In this document: piece after piece, positions 46,782 to 57,200 of the stretch
How positions within the stretch are numbered: the stretch's first letter is position 1
Layout: the number at the start of each line of letters is the position of its first letter
NCBI GenBank assembly: GCA_018644935.1
Contig: JABGPL010000005.1
Span: 5,211-69,210 of the forward strand
Reading direction: 5' to 3'
Source of the DNA: Calditrichota bacterium
Lineage (GTDB): Bacteria > Electryoneota > AABM5-125-24 > Hatepunaeales > Hatepunaeaceae
DNA length: 64,000 bases
Position numbers and translations under genes: made by a program
The notes under the pieces: generated by a model
Told to the model about the DNA's origin: nothing
Seen by the model: the letters and a program-made list of their open reading frames with translations, nothing else
Databases searched by the model: none

Positions 46782-49700
46782 TTGGAGTTTGTAAAACAAA
46801 ACAACACAAATATCATGTTTTCAATATACCTCAGGATCACTTTAGTAATTGCTATTTCTGTCTTTGTCTCCTTGCCGCTTTACGGGCAAGGAGTCTGGGT
46901 TGAAGATTTTTCAGAAATAAACGAAGATGATTATCATATTGGTGACGACGCGTATTGGTCACAAGATGATGAATTTCTTGTTTTAACCGAAGCACAAGCA
47001 AGTCTGGCGGGTCGAATATATACTATTCAAGAGTACCCGATGGCAATTTTTACTGCCCAATTCGATATTAGAATCGGAGGTGGAGGCGGTGCCGATGGGA
47101 TGACCTTTGCCTGGATAGCCGATTATAATTATCAGCGAGTAAATGGTGGAGCGCTGAATTTTAGAGGTGTTGACGGATTTGCGGTCGAGTTTGACTGCTA
47201 TCCGGGGCAAAATGATCCGAATGGTCAACATATCGGACTCGTCCAGGATGATGTCATTAATCACCTCGATACCTGGGTGACCAATGAAGGTGAACTTGAG
47301 GACAATGAATGGCATACCGTGCGAGTTGTTAACTTTCTCGGACTGGTTCAGGTATTCTGGGAGGATGAATTAGTATTAGAACACCAGATAGAAGACTACG
47401 AACCATTTCCCGGTCATTTCGGCTTTACGGCTGCAACTGGTGGAGTTAACAACTGGCACATCGTTGATAATGTGGTGGTTGCAATTGGTGGTCCTGTCAT
47501 AGATGTTGCTGATGATCCAGTTGCGTTTGGTCCTGTACCAGTTGGAAATGTAACCGAGCAAGTTTTGCAAATTTCAAATGTCGCAGAAGAAGAAGATGAG
47601 TGGCATTCGCTTGAATTCTTGATTACAACAGAGGAAGGTGAAGGTCCTGATTGGTTGAGTGTTGAACCTGCAGAAGGTGTTGTTGCTGCGGGTGAAGCCG
47701 CTGAAATAACTTTATTCGCAAACACTGAAGGATTAGACCCTGGTGAGTATGAACGTGATATTACAATTGCTTCCAACGATGGAGAGAATCCTGAGGTAGT
47801 TGTTGGAGTGCATATATTCGTTGTTGAGGGTTTCGGAAGATTATATGGAGTTGTCACGAATGCTGAGAATGGTGATCCCCTTGAAGGCGCAACGGTTGCT
47901 GTTCCTGAATTTGGTTTCAGTACAGAAACGGACGGAAATGGCAACTACGATTATGCCGAAATCCCTTCCTGGACATATGATGTTATTGTCACAAAAGAGG
48001 ATTTTCTGCCTTTGGAAGTTGTTGAAGTTGAAATAAACCCCAATCAAGAAATAGAAAGGGATTTTGCCCTGCTTCATGCCGACTTTGAACCAAGTCGGGA
48101 TCAAATTGATGTTGAGCTTGCGTTGAATGAATCTCTTGATGTGTCGATTGTTTTCAGCAATTCTGGAAACGGGGCTCTCAACTGGGAAGTATCTCGAGAA
48201 TTTCCTGAAGGTATGGAAGCTGAACCCTGGGAGCACCGGGCAGGAATTCCAGCGGCGGAAATATTAGAAAACAGTCGTCTCGGTGGGGTTGAATTCGTAG
48301 ATGATAATTTTTATGTTGCCGGTGGTTTTGCAGATGATGATAACGTTATATATGTGTTGAGCAGAGAAGGCGAACTCATTCGCCAATTTAATCAACATAC
48401 CGATTCCCGTTATGGATATCGCGATATTGTGTACGATGGTGATTTATTGTGGGGAGTTGATGGAAGAGTGGTGTATGGCTTTACACTTGATGGAGAGCTC
48501 GTTAGAGAGTTGGATACACCAATTAACGGCATCCGTGGAATAACCTGGGACCCGACGAATGAATTACTCTATATGTGCGGAATCACATCCAACATATTTG
48601 TGCTTAACCTTGATGGAGATGTGGTTCATGAGATTGACCGATTAGGTGATCTTAGGCCATACGGTTTAACCTGGTACCCCGATGATCCAGATGGTTTTTT
48701 CCTGCAACTGTTCTGTAGCAACGGTGAATTCAATCATCAGATTTACAGAGCAAACCCGGATAACGGCGAGTTTGAGTTTGTCTCAGAACCTGACATAGAG
48801 GGCTCCGCTGGAGCTGCTGCTGTAAACCGCAGATGGGATCCCTTCAGTTGGGTTTTTATGGGGATGACAAATTCACCAGACCGGATCGAAGTATGGCATC
48901 TGGATTCACCCACCGGGTGGGTAAACGTTGAACCGACCGAAGGGCAAATTGAGGCTGATGAAGAAACTGAAATAATCATTACCCTCGATACTCAAGACTT
49001 TCCTGTCAATATTGAATTTACTGCAGACCTGGTCTTTACCCATGATGGAGTTGGTGGAGAAACAATTATTCCGGTGTCTCTGATGGCCTCGGAAATTGGA
49101 GGTTTATCCGAGAGAACTTTAGATATGGCTTTCGGATGGAATATGGTCTCTGTAAACGTTGATCCGGAAGAACCAGATGTCGTGCAGCTTACTCGTGATC
49201 TTGTTGAAAATGACCTGTTGGAAATTATGAAAAATGGCGCAGGGCAATTCTACAGCCCTTTATTTAACTTTAATAATATTCCCGGTTGGATGGTCGATCA
49301 GGGATACATGTTGAAAACCGCTGAGGATTGTCAGCTTACGATATCTGGTGAAGCAGTTGCACCTGACCAACCTATTGAATTGCATCAGGGTTGGCAGATG
49401 ATCGCATATTTCCCACGTGTTCCTGTCGATGCAATAGAGGCTCTGTCTGGAATCGTCGAATCGTTGGAAATGGCTAAAGACGGGGAGGGAAGATTTTACA
49501 GCCCTGCATTCGGATTTAGTAACATGGGTGACTTGAGTGAAGGAAACGGATATATGATCAAGTTGACCGAGGCTGCTGAGCTAATCTACACAATCGAAGA
49601 TGAACTTGCGCAAAACCTGTCTTACGATTTTCAGCAACCTGAAATTTTGCCAGTAGTTAAGCCAACAGGGGATAACATGAGCCTGTTGGTGATTTCAGAG

Positions 49701-50240
49701 AACCCTTCTGATGATGATCTTGAGGTCGGTGTGTTTGCCTCCAGAAATATGGTTGGATCGGGGCGGATAACGAATGGATACTGCGGTGTTGCAATCTGGG
49801 GCGATGACACTACGACAGAGACTTGTGATGGAGCTCTCATGGGTGAATCACTCAATATCAAACTTCACAATTTGTCAGGAGAAGTCGAAGATGTCAGGTA
49901 CATCTCATTAAGGGGTAAAAATCAATATGACAGCGATGCACTGTGGGCAATTCAGCTTGAGACTAGTGCGTTACCAATAGAATTCGGAATTTCGACCATT
50001 TGGCCAAATCCGTTCAATAACGTGACAAACATTGATTACTCAGTCACAGAACCAGACCGGGTTTCAATTGAACTGTTCAATTTAGTAGGTCAATCAGTAG
50101 CCACAGTTTTTGAAGATGTTAAGACTGCTGGAAGACAAAGGTTTGTTTGGGACGCGTCCGGATATCCTTCGGGGGTATATATGCTCAAGCTCTCTGGAAG
50201 TAGTAATTCTCAAACGCATAAAGTTCTTTTAATCAGGTAG
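46782..50240 (+). CDS. T9SS-sorted surface protein, stalk-family paralog (group B; L-type-lectin/LamG-like head)
   Basis: 1152 aa from a TTG start. ATG 46815 (MFSIYLRITLVIAISVFVSLPLYGQ) is an equally plausible start. The head contains GGGGADGMTFAWIAD and HFGFTAATGGVNNWHIVDN, a legume/bacterial L-type lectin signature. The stalk is colinear with the 43335 gene. The CTD is IWPNPFNNVTNIDYSV...GVYMLKLSGSSNSQTHKVLLIR. Confidence 0.85.
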   Translation: MEFVKQNNTNIMFSIYLRITLVIAISVFVSLPLYGQGVWVEDFSEINEDDYHIGDDAYWSQDDEFLVLTEAQASLAGRIYTIQEYPMAIFTAQFDIRIGGGGGADGMTFAWIADYNYQRVNGGALNFRGVDGFAVEFDCYPGQNDPNGQHIGLVQDDVINHLDTWVTNEGELEDNEWHTVRVVNFLGLVQVFWEDELVLEHQIEDYEPFPGHFGFTAATGGVNNWHIVDNVVVAIGGPVIDVADDPVAFGPVPVGNVTEQVLQISNVAEEEDEWHSLEFLITTEEGEGPDWLSVEPAEGVVAAGEAAEITLFANTEGLDPGEYERDITIASNDGENPEVVVGVHIFVVEGFGRLYGVVTNAENGDPLEGATVAVPEFGFSTETDGNGNYDYAEIPSWTYDVIVTKEDFLPLEVVEVEINPNQEIERDFALLHADFEPSRDQIDVELALNESLDVSIVFSNSGNGALNWEVSREFPEGMEAEPWEHRAGIPAAEILENSRLGGVEFVDDNFYVAGGFADDDNVIYVLSREGELIRQFNQHTDSRYGYRDIVYDGDLLWGVDGRVVYGFTLDGELVRELDTPINGIRGITWDPTNELLYMCGITSNIFVLNLDGDVVHEIDRLGDLRPYGLTWYPDDPDGFFLQLFCSNGEFNHQIYRANPDNGEFEFVSEPDIEGSAGAAAVNRRWDPFSWVFMGMTNSPDRIEVWHLDSPTGWVNVEPTEGQIEADEETEIIITLDTQDFPVNIEFTADLVFTHDGVGGETIIPVSLMASEIGGLSERTLDMAFGWNMVSVNVDPEEPDVVQLTRDLVENDLLEIMKNGAGQFYSPLFNFNNIPGWMVDQGYMLKTAEDCQLTISGEAVAPDQPIELHQGWQMIAYFPRVPVDAIEALSGIVESLEMAKDGEGRFYSPAFGFSNMGDLSEGNGYMIKLTEAAELIYTIEDELAQNLSYDFQQPEILPVVKPTGDNMSLLVISENPSDDDLEVGVFASRNMVGSGRITNGYCGVAIWGDDTTTETCDGALMGESLNIKLHNLSGEVEDVRYISLRGKNQYDSDALWAIQLETSALPIEFGISTIWPNPFNNVTNIDYSVTEPDRVSIELFNLVGQSVATVFEDVKTAGRQRFVWDASGYPSGVYMLKLSGSSNSQTHKVLLIR

Positions 50241-50288
50241 TTGTTAATCTGATTCGTGACATGTCGTCGATAAAATGATATTTTCTTA

Positions 50289-53200
50289 GTGAGGTCAATG
50301 ATGTTTACTGGTCCAAGTATATATAAGTTTTGTACAATCTCTTGTTTTTGCGTAGTGATCCTATCAGGATTGGTTTTCGCCCAGGTTGATTTTAGACAAC
50401 ACGACCTGCCTTTAGATGCGGACAGAGCATGGGATATCTGCACTGCGGATATTGATGGGGATGGAGATGAAGATTTTCTAACAACAGGTGAAAGTCCGGG
50501 TTTTTTCGTATGGTATGAGGTTGATGAGGAAGGCGATTACATCGAGCATATATTCCATGAAGAGGCAGACGGTGCATGTTCTATCCGCGCTGCCGACATT
50601 GATGGTGATGGGGATATGGATATCACCGGAAGTGCTCGCGGAGTTGGTGATGCGTGGTGGTGGGAAAATGATGGTGAACAAAACTTTGAAGCACACATTC
50701 TATCGGAAGATTTTGATAATAATAGCTGGATGCGTCCGATTGATCTCGATGGTGATGGGGATGTGGATATTGTTGGCAGTACGCGAATCAGCTCCCTGCT
50801 CTGGTGGGAGAATGATGGTGAACAAAATTTTGATGAGCAAATTATCGATGGTCAATTCGGTGGGTCAATAGAAATTATTGACTTCGATGGAGATGAAGAT
50901 TTAGATATCACATGTGGAGATTGGAGTCAGGCAACCGTAAGATGGTACGAGAATGATGGAGAGCAGAACTTCGAGCCTCATCAGATAGGGGATCATGGCG
51001 GTGTCTGGGATGTCTATCCCGCAGATTTTGATGCGGATGGTGATATGGATATTACCAGTGTAGGTGAGCGGGATCAATTGGTTATCTGGTGGGAAAATGG
51101 TGGAGATGATAACTTCGAACGGCATGATATTGAAGCAAATATGCTCGGGACTGGTGTGCATGTTGGAGACCTGGATGTCGATGGTGATTCTGATATAATA
51201 GTTGCAGCATACAACCCTGGAATTGTCAAGTGGTATGAAAATGATGGTGAGGGAAATTTTGAGATTCATATAGTTGGTGATAATTTCAATAGTGCGATGC
51301 AGGCATATGCCTCAGATGTCGATTTCGATGGTGATCTTGATGTCATGGCTGCTGCATGGAGTGGTGAAGGAGCACGCTGGTGGGAAAATACACTTGATCC
51401 TGTTCCACCAGAGCCGGAAATTGATCCCAATCCTTTTGAGGTTGATGTGCCTTTCCCGCTCGATGATGAGAACATCATGACAATCACGAATGTTGGGGAT
51501 GAGGGAAGTCAGCTCCTGTTCAATTTGTGGGACGAGGGAGATGGAATAGATTGGCTGTCCATTTGTCCAGTAGAGGGGATAGTGGAATTTGATGAATTTG
51601 CTGAGATTGTGTGCACTTTTTCGACTGAAGATCTCGAGCCTGGTGAATTCGAGCGAACGATAATCATTCGTACAAACGCAAGGGAATTCAGGCAGATAGA
51701 AGTGCCTGTTACAATGAATGTTATTGTAGACAACGGTGAGCTCAGGGGCACTGTTACAGATTTAGCAACAGAAGATCCTATTGAGGGAGCTCGCATCAGT
51801 GTAGAACGTTTTGATTTTCAGGCGGTTTCTGATGAGGATGGGGTATACGTTTTCGATGAAATTCCCGAATGGATCTACACAATCAACATTGAGGCAGAGG
51901 ATTATCTTTCCCAATCAGTTGAAGATGTTGAAGTAATTGAAGACGAGGTAACTATTCTTAATTTTGACCTTTCACACTCTGTTTGTGAATTGTCAATAGA
52001 TAATATCTCCGAGCAAATGGCGGTAAATGAGGCATTGGAAATTGAGTTCACATTGTCAAATCCAGGCAATGGTCCATTAGAATGGAGTGTAAATCGAGTT
52101 TTCCCTGAGGGTATGGAAGCTGATCCATGGGATCACCGACTGGGACTTGCTGCGGGAGATAATCTTGAAAATAACCGACTCGGAGGTATTGAGGTTATAA
52201 ATGGAAACTTCTATGTCGCAGGTGGGATATCGGACGGGGAAAACCTGATTTACGTTATTAATGAGGATGGAGAGGTTCTTCGGCAGATTGCCCAGTTTGG
52301 TGAATCAAGATATGGATATCGTGATATTGCATATGATGGAAACTTGATTTGGGGGATTGATGGAGATGAAGTACACGGATTTACTATTGGTGGAGAGCTG
52401 GAGGTTACATTTAGAGTACCCATCCGAAGCGCGAGAGGGATTGCCTGGGATCGTGAAAATGACCTTCTTTGGATTAGCAGCATTACCTCTGATATTTTTG
52501 GAACTGACCGCAACGGAGAAGTCAACCAGATAATAGAACGACCTGGAGATTTGCGAACCTATGGTTTATCCTGTTATCCTGACGATCCCGATGATTTCAA
52601 ATTATATATGTTTTGTAGTAACGGTGATTTCAACCGGCAGATTCATAAATTGAACATCGAGACCGGAGAATTTGAATTCGTAGTAGAACCAGAGGTCGAG
52701 GGTACCGCCGGTGCATGTACAGTTACCAGAGCCTGGGACCCTTTTAGCTGGGTGTTTACGACAATTACAAACTCACCTGACAGGTTAGAAATTTGGCACT
52801 TAGATGCTCCGACAGGTTGGGTGGATATTGAACCATCAGAAGGAGTAATTGAAGCTGAAAATCAGGTTGATATGACGGTCCAATTGAACACGTTTGCTTT
52901 TCCAGAAGATATCGAATTCACAGTTGATTTAGTATTTGCTCACAATGGAGTAGGAGGTGAATCCGTCATTCCTGTTTCGCTGCTTGCGGGTGATGATGGA
53001 CCCGAAGAGAGAGTACTTGTTCTAGTTGAAGGATGGAATATGGTATCGACTAATGTCGTACCTCAGGAAAATAATGTGACGGTAATAATGGAGCCATTGG
53101 TTGAGAACGGCCTTCTTGAATTATTAAAAAACGGCATTGGACGATTCTATAATCCCGAATTCAATTTCAACAATATCTGGGGGTGGGTTGTTAATGATGG

Positions 53201-54125
53201 GTATATGATGAAGGTAACGGAGGATTGTCAATTATCAATTATTGGGATACCCGTAGAACCTGATCTACCTATTGAACTTGATGTTGGATGGCAACTAATT
53301 TCATATTATCCCCGAGTCGAAGTAGATGCCGTTGTCGCATTTTCAGGAATTGCCGAGGTGTTGGAAATTGCTAAGGATGGATCTGGTCGTTTTTACAGTC
53401 CCGAATTTGGTTTCAGCAATATGGGTGATTTACGCGAAGGTAGCGGATATATGGTTAAAACGGTTGAAGCAATAGAATTGGTTTATGTTGTCGAGGAGGA
53501 ACTTGCCCGTCAATCATTTCCCTACCTGCAACCAAGTCTACTCCCAAATCATCCGAACACTGGTGAAAACATGAGCCTGTTGGTCCACTCAAGGGATTCG
53601 GAAGGTGAAGTCGGTGTTTATTCAAATGGTCATCTCGTTGGTTCCGGGATTATTCAGAATGGCAAATGTGGAATTGCCGTTTGGGGTGATGACCCAACAA
53701 CGCCAGAGTTATATGGAGCAATCAGTGGTGCTGAACTGGAAGTGTTGCTTCATGATGGAACAGAAATGCTGCCTGTTAAAATCGAGACAATGTTTGGCGA
53801 ACTCAAATATACCACTGATGGTTTTTCCGTTCTTCGAATTCAAGATGTCAATGCGCCACCTGAAATGTTCGGGATTGTCGATGCATTCCCGAATCCATTT
53901 AACAGTACCATGAGCATCACATACAATCTCCTTGAAGAGTCAAGGGTCAGCATTGCGCTATTTGATCTTGCTGGCAGACAGATAAAGGATTTAACAGCAA
54001 GCATTGCGCAAGCCGGTCAGCACACAATTTCACTGGAAGGTGCGGGATTATCCAGTGGTGTCTATGTAATTCAACTTCAAGCAAATGGACAAGTATCCAA
54101 AAGCAAGGTGACGCTGGTAAAGTAA
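50289..54125 (+). CDS. T9SS-sorted surface protein, stalk-family paralog (group B core; seven FG-GAP/VCBS-like repeats as head)
   Basis: 1278 aa from a GTG start. ATG 50298 or 50301 is more likely (GAGG upstream). The head has seven DxDGDGDxD loops, each followed by W(W/Y)ENDGEQNF. The stalk core resembles groups 43335 and 46782. The C-terminal NMS domain and CTD instead resemble the group A genes 57759 and 54245. The CTD is AFPNPFNSTMSITYNL...GVYVIQLQANGQVSKSKVTLVK. Confidence 0.85.
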   Translation: MRSMMFTGPSIYKFCTISCFCVVILSGLVFAQVDFRQHDLPLDADRAWDICTADIDGDGDEDFLTTGESPGFFVWYEVDEEGDYIEHIFHEEADGACSIRAADIDGDGDMDITGSARGVGDAWWWENDGEQNFEAHILSEDFDNNSWMRPIDLDGDGDVDIVGSTRISSLLWWENDGEQNFDEQIIDGQFGGSIEIIDFDGDEDLDITCGDWSQATVRWYENDGEQNFEPHQIGDHGGVWDVYPADFDADGDMDITSVGERDQLVIWWENGGDDNFERHDIEANMLGTGVHVGDLDVDGDSDIIVAAYNPGIVKWYENDGEGNFEIHIVGDNFNSAMQAYASDVDFDGDLDVMAAAWSGEGARWWENTLDPVPPEPEIDPNPFEVDVPFPLDDENIMTITNVGDEGSQLLFNLWDEGDGIDWLSICPVEGIVEFDEFAEIVCTFSTEDLEPGEFERTIIIRTNAREFRQIEVPVTMNVIVDNGELRGTVTDLATEDPIEGARISVERFDFQAVSDEDGVYVFDEIPEWIYTINIEAEDYLSQSVEDVEVIEDEVTILNFDLSHSVCELSIDNISEQMAVNEALEIEFTLSNPGNGPLEWSVNRVFPEGMEADPWDHRLGLAAGDNLENNRLGGIEVINGNFYVAGGISDGENLIYVINEDGEVLRQIAQFGESRYGYRDIAYDGNLIWGIDGDEVHGFTIGGELEVTFRVPIRSARGIAWDRENDLLWISSITSDIFGTDRNGEVNQIIERPGDLRTYGLSCYPDDPDDFKLYMFCSNGDFNRQIHKLNIETGEFEFVVEPEVEGTAGACTVTRAWDPFSWVFTTITNSPDRLEIWHLDAPTGWVDIEPSEGVIEAENQVDMTVQLNTFAFPEDIEFTVDLVFAHNGVGGESVIPVSLLAGDDGPEERVLVLVEGWNMVSTNVVPQENNVTVIMEPLVENGLLELLKNGIGRFYNPEFNFNNIWGWVVNDGYMMKVTEDCQLSIIGIPVEPDLPIELDVGWQLISYYPRVEVDAVVAFSGIAEVLEIAKDGSGRFYSPEFGFSNMGDLREGSGYMVKTVEAIELVYVVEEELARQSFPYLQPSLLPNHPNTGENMSLLVHSRDSEGEVGVYSNGHLVGSGIIQNGKCGIAVWGDDPTTPELYGAISGAELEVLLHDGTEMLPVKIETMFGELKYTTDGFSVLRIQDVNAPPEMFGIVDAFPNPFNSTMSITYNLLEESRVSIALFDLAGRQIKDLTASIAQAGQHTISLEGAGLSSGVYVIQLQANGQVSKSKVTLVK

Positions 54126-54244
54126 AAACGATAAAAGAGAGATTATACTCTTAATTATAGATAAAAAGCGGAATATGATAACACTTCCGGTTCTATCGAC
54201 ATCGCAGGACAAGATGCTGTCTCCAACGAAAAACGGAGGATGAA

Positions 54245-57200
54245 ATGCCCTTAAGAAATTGCTTTAATCATCATTTTTTATGTTCTTTGCTATTATTGAT
54301 CATGACCTTTCCGGTTCTTGGTCAGATAGAAATCGATCCTTACGGGTTTGGTGTTTCAATGGAAGAAGGTGAGAATAGTCAGGTTCAGGTCATCATCTCA
54401 AACATATCCGAAGATAACTTAAACTATGAGATTGATGCCCGTTTAGTCGAGGAGGAGGATGAACGACGTGGTGGTCCGCGTCGTGACGACCTCGGGGATG
54501 TAATTCGCAGTATTGAAGTTCACGCTGGACGGTGGATTGGCCTCGCTTGGGATGGTGAATTGCTCTGGGGATCTGACCAACGTGATAACTGGCGGATGAC
54601 TCCGGTTAATATGGATGGGGAGGTGTTGGATCAAGTTAATGTCGAAATCAATAATTATTATGGTTCCTGCTGGGATGGTGAGAATTTCTGGCTTGCACAT
54701 TACAATGATAGTAGATTGGCGAGAGTGGATAGGGAGGGCCGATTGCTTAACGCCATCCAGATAAATGCTCAACCATTCGGGATGACTTGCGACGGAGAAA
54801 CACTCTGGTATGCACGCTATCAAGCCCAGGATATTCAACAGATCACGCTCGAAGGTGAAGTCCTGCGCACATGGGATTGCAATGGGATTGAAGCGAGACG
54901 AACCATGGATCTCGCCTGGGTTCCTGATCACCCGGATGGAATGCTCTGGATTACAGCTTGTGATCCAGGTACGATTTATCAGGTCAATGTTGAGGAAGAT
55001 CCTCCTGAGATTGTACAGACTGTAAATGTTGAAGACAGTGATGTTTACGGTCTCGAACATGATGGTGAGAATCTCTGGTACACCACGGATCAGGGAGATT
55101 GGATTTGCATTGACGATGGAGTTGCGGAAATTCGTATGCTGGCATTTGATCCAAATGAAGGAGAGATTCAAGGTCAGGGTGTAGTTGAATTGGATGCAAT
55201 TATACTCGGTGAAGGAATTGAAGCCGGAATTTATAATTATCTGGTGGAAATTAGCTTTTTTGACCCTGATAACGAGGAAGATGAACCGATCCTGATCACT
55301 ATGTCAGTAGTTGTTTCAATTGATTCTCCGACTGCTGATTTGGTGGGTATTGTTAGCAGCTCCCGAGATGATCAGGTTATTCCAGATGCGAAAGTTGAGC
55401 TATACGATAGTTATGAGATAATTCGAATTACTGACGAGGAAGGCAGGTATGAAATTGATGCATTGCCTGCGGGTGCATACACATTCACGATCTCAGCAGA
55501 AGATTTTCTAACAGAGACCGTTGAGTTTAACATCGATGGTGAAGGTGAAATTGAATTGAATTTTGAGTTGGCTCAAGCTGAATTTGTTTTAGAACCTGAG
55601 GAAATTGCAGCAGAACTCGAGCCGGGTGAAGAGTTCCAAACAATGATCGGAGCATCGAATACCGGAAATGGACCTTTAACTTTTATGTCAGAAAGAAGGC
55701 TAATTGGTGATGCAAACGCAGATCCGTGGAATCTAAGGATCGATGTCCCTGCCGGCATGATAACTGATGATGCACGCGTTCATGGAGCGGTGTTTATCGA
55801 GGACAATTTTTATGCCAGCGGTGCAAATGCAGGTGAACCTGCTATTTATGTGATAAATCGTGAACAGGAACTCGTCTCCCAATATCCTCAACTTGGTGAG
55901 GCGCGTTATGGCTATAAAGATCTGGCTACTGACGGAGAAGTTATCTGGGGTTCAGGAGAACGAAATATCTATGGTTTTACACCTGATGGTGAAGAAGTGA
56001 CATCATTTGACTGTGGAATATCCCCCTGCAATAACCTCGCATGGGATTCAGATAGGGAGATCTTATGGGCATCCGGGACAACAACCGATATTGCAGGATT
56101 TGATCAGGATGGAAATCAAGTTGCTGAAATAGACAGATTGGAGTATCGTATTTATGGTTTAGCTTACTGGCCGGATGATCCTGATGGCTATCAACTCTAT
56201 ATATTTCATAAAATCAACGAAGTCGGTAATCTAATGATCGCCAAAATTGATTTAGAAAACAATCAGGCAATAGATGTTGAGATTCTCGAACCCGAAGGTG
56301 GTGGTTCAGCTCAGGGATGTTTCATCACAAACCAGTATGATATATATAGCTGGGTGTTCATGGGAATGGCCAACAGTGGAGCCGAAGACCGCATAGACAT
56401 CTGGCAATTGGATGCCCGAAAGGACTGGATGGCGATTCAGCCGGTCGAGGGCGTAATTGCAGGTGGCGAGGAACAGGAATTAACAGTAACTCTTGATGCT
56501 ACAGGTTTACCGCAAGCTTTATTTGAGGGCGAAATACTCTTCACACACGATGGCGTTGGCGGTGAGACAACTCTGCCTATCTCTTTGCAGGTTGGGGCAG
56601 GTGGTGGACCAGAAATTTTTGTGATCGAGCTTGCAAACGGTTGGAATATGGTCTCTGCTTATGTCCAACCCGATCCGGAGGACGTAATTGGGATAATGGA
56701 GGATCTGGTCGAAGCTGAAACACTTATTATGGTCAAGAATGGTAGTGGACAATTTTACAATCCCCAGTTCGGCTTTAACAATATTCCCGGATGGCAGGCT
56801 GACGAGGGATATATGATCAAAATGGATGGCGCAGACGAACTCACACTGACTGGAGAATCTTTGCCCTGGGATACTATCATCCCACTTGAGGCAGGCTGGC
56901 AGATGATTAGCTTTTACCCTCGTGAAGGCATAGATGCAATAGCAGCATTGTCCGGTATTGTGGACGCTCTTCTAATGGCAAAAGACGGTTCGGGGAGATT
57001 TTACAGCCCGGCTTTCGGTTTCAGCAATATGGGTGATATGGTTCCCGGGCAGGGATACTTGCTGAAAATGGATGAGGATGCAGAGTTAGTGTACACGGTT
57101 GAAGAAGAGCTTGCTTCTCAATCATCTCACTACCTGCAAACGAGCTTACTCCCAGACCATCCGAATACCGGTGAGAATATGAGTATGCTCATCCTCACGG

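Noticed and set aside
21359-55171. Dozens of 60-240-aa ORFs on the opposite strand or in alternate frames of the large cargo genes (for example 22106-22348-, 24026-24346-, 25037-25357-, 47414-47944-, 54443-55171-, 61452-61835+).
   Set aside because: Their translations are S/T/P-rich or otherwise low-complexity mirrors of the GAN/GGN/GTN-rich sense codons. They repeat with exactly the period of the sense-strand repeats. They lack signal or RBS support. The sense frames carry clear domain signatures end to end.
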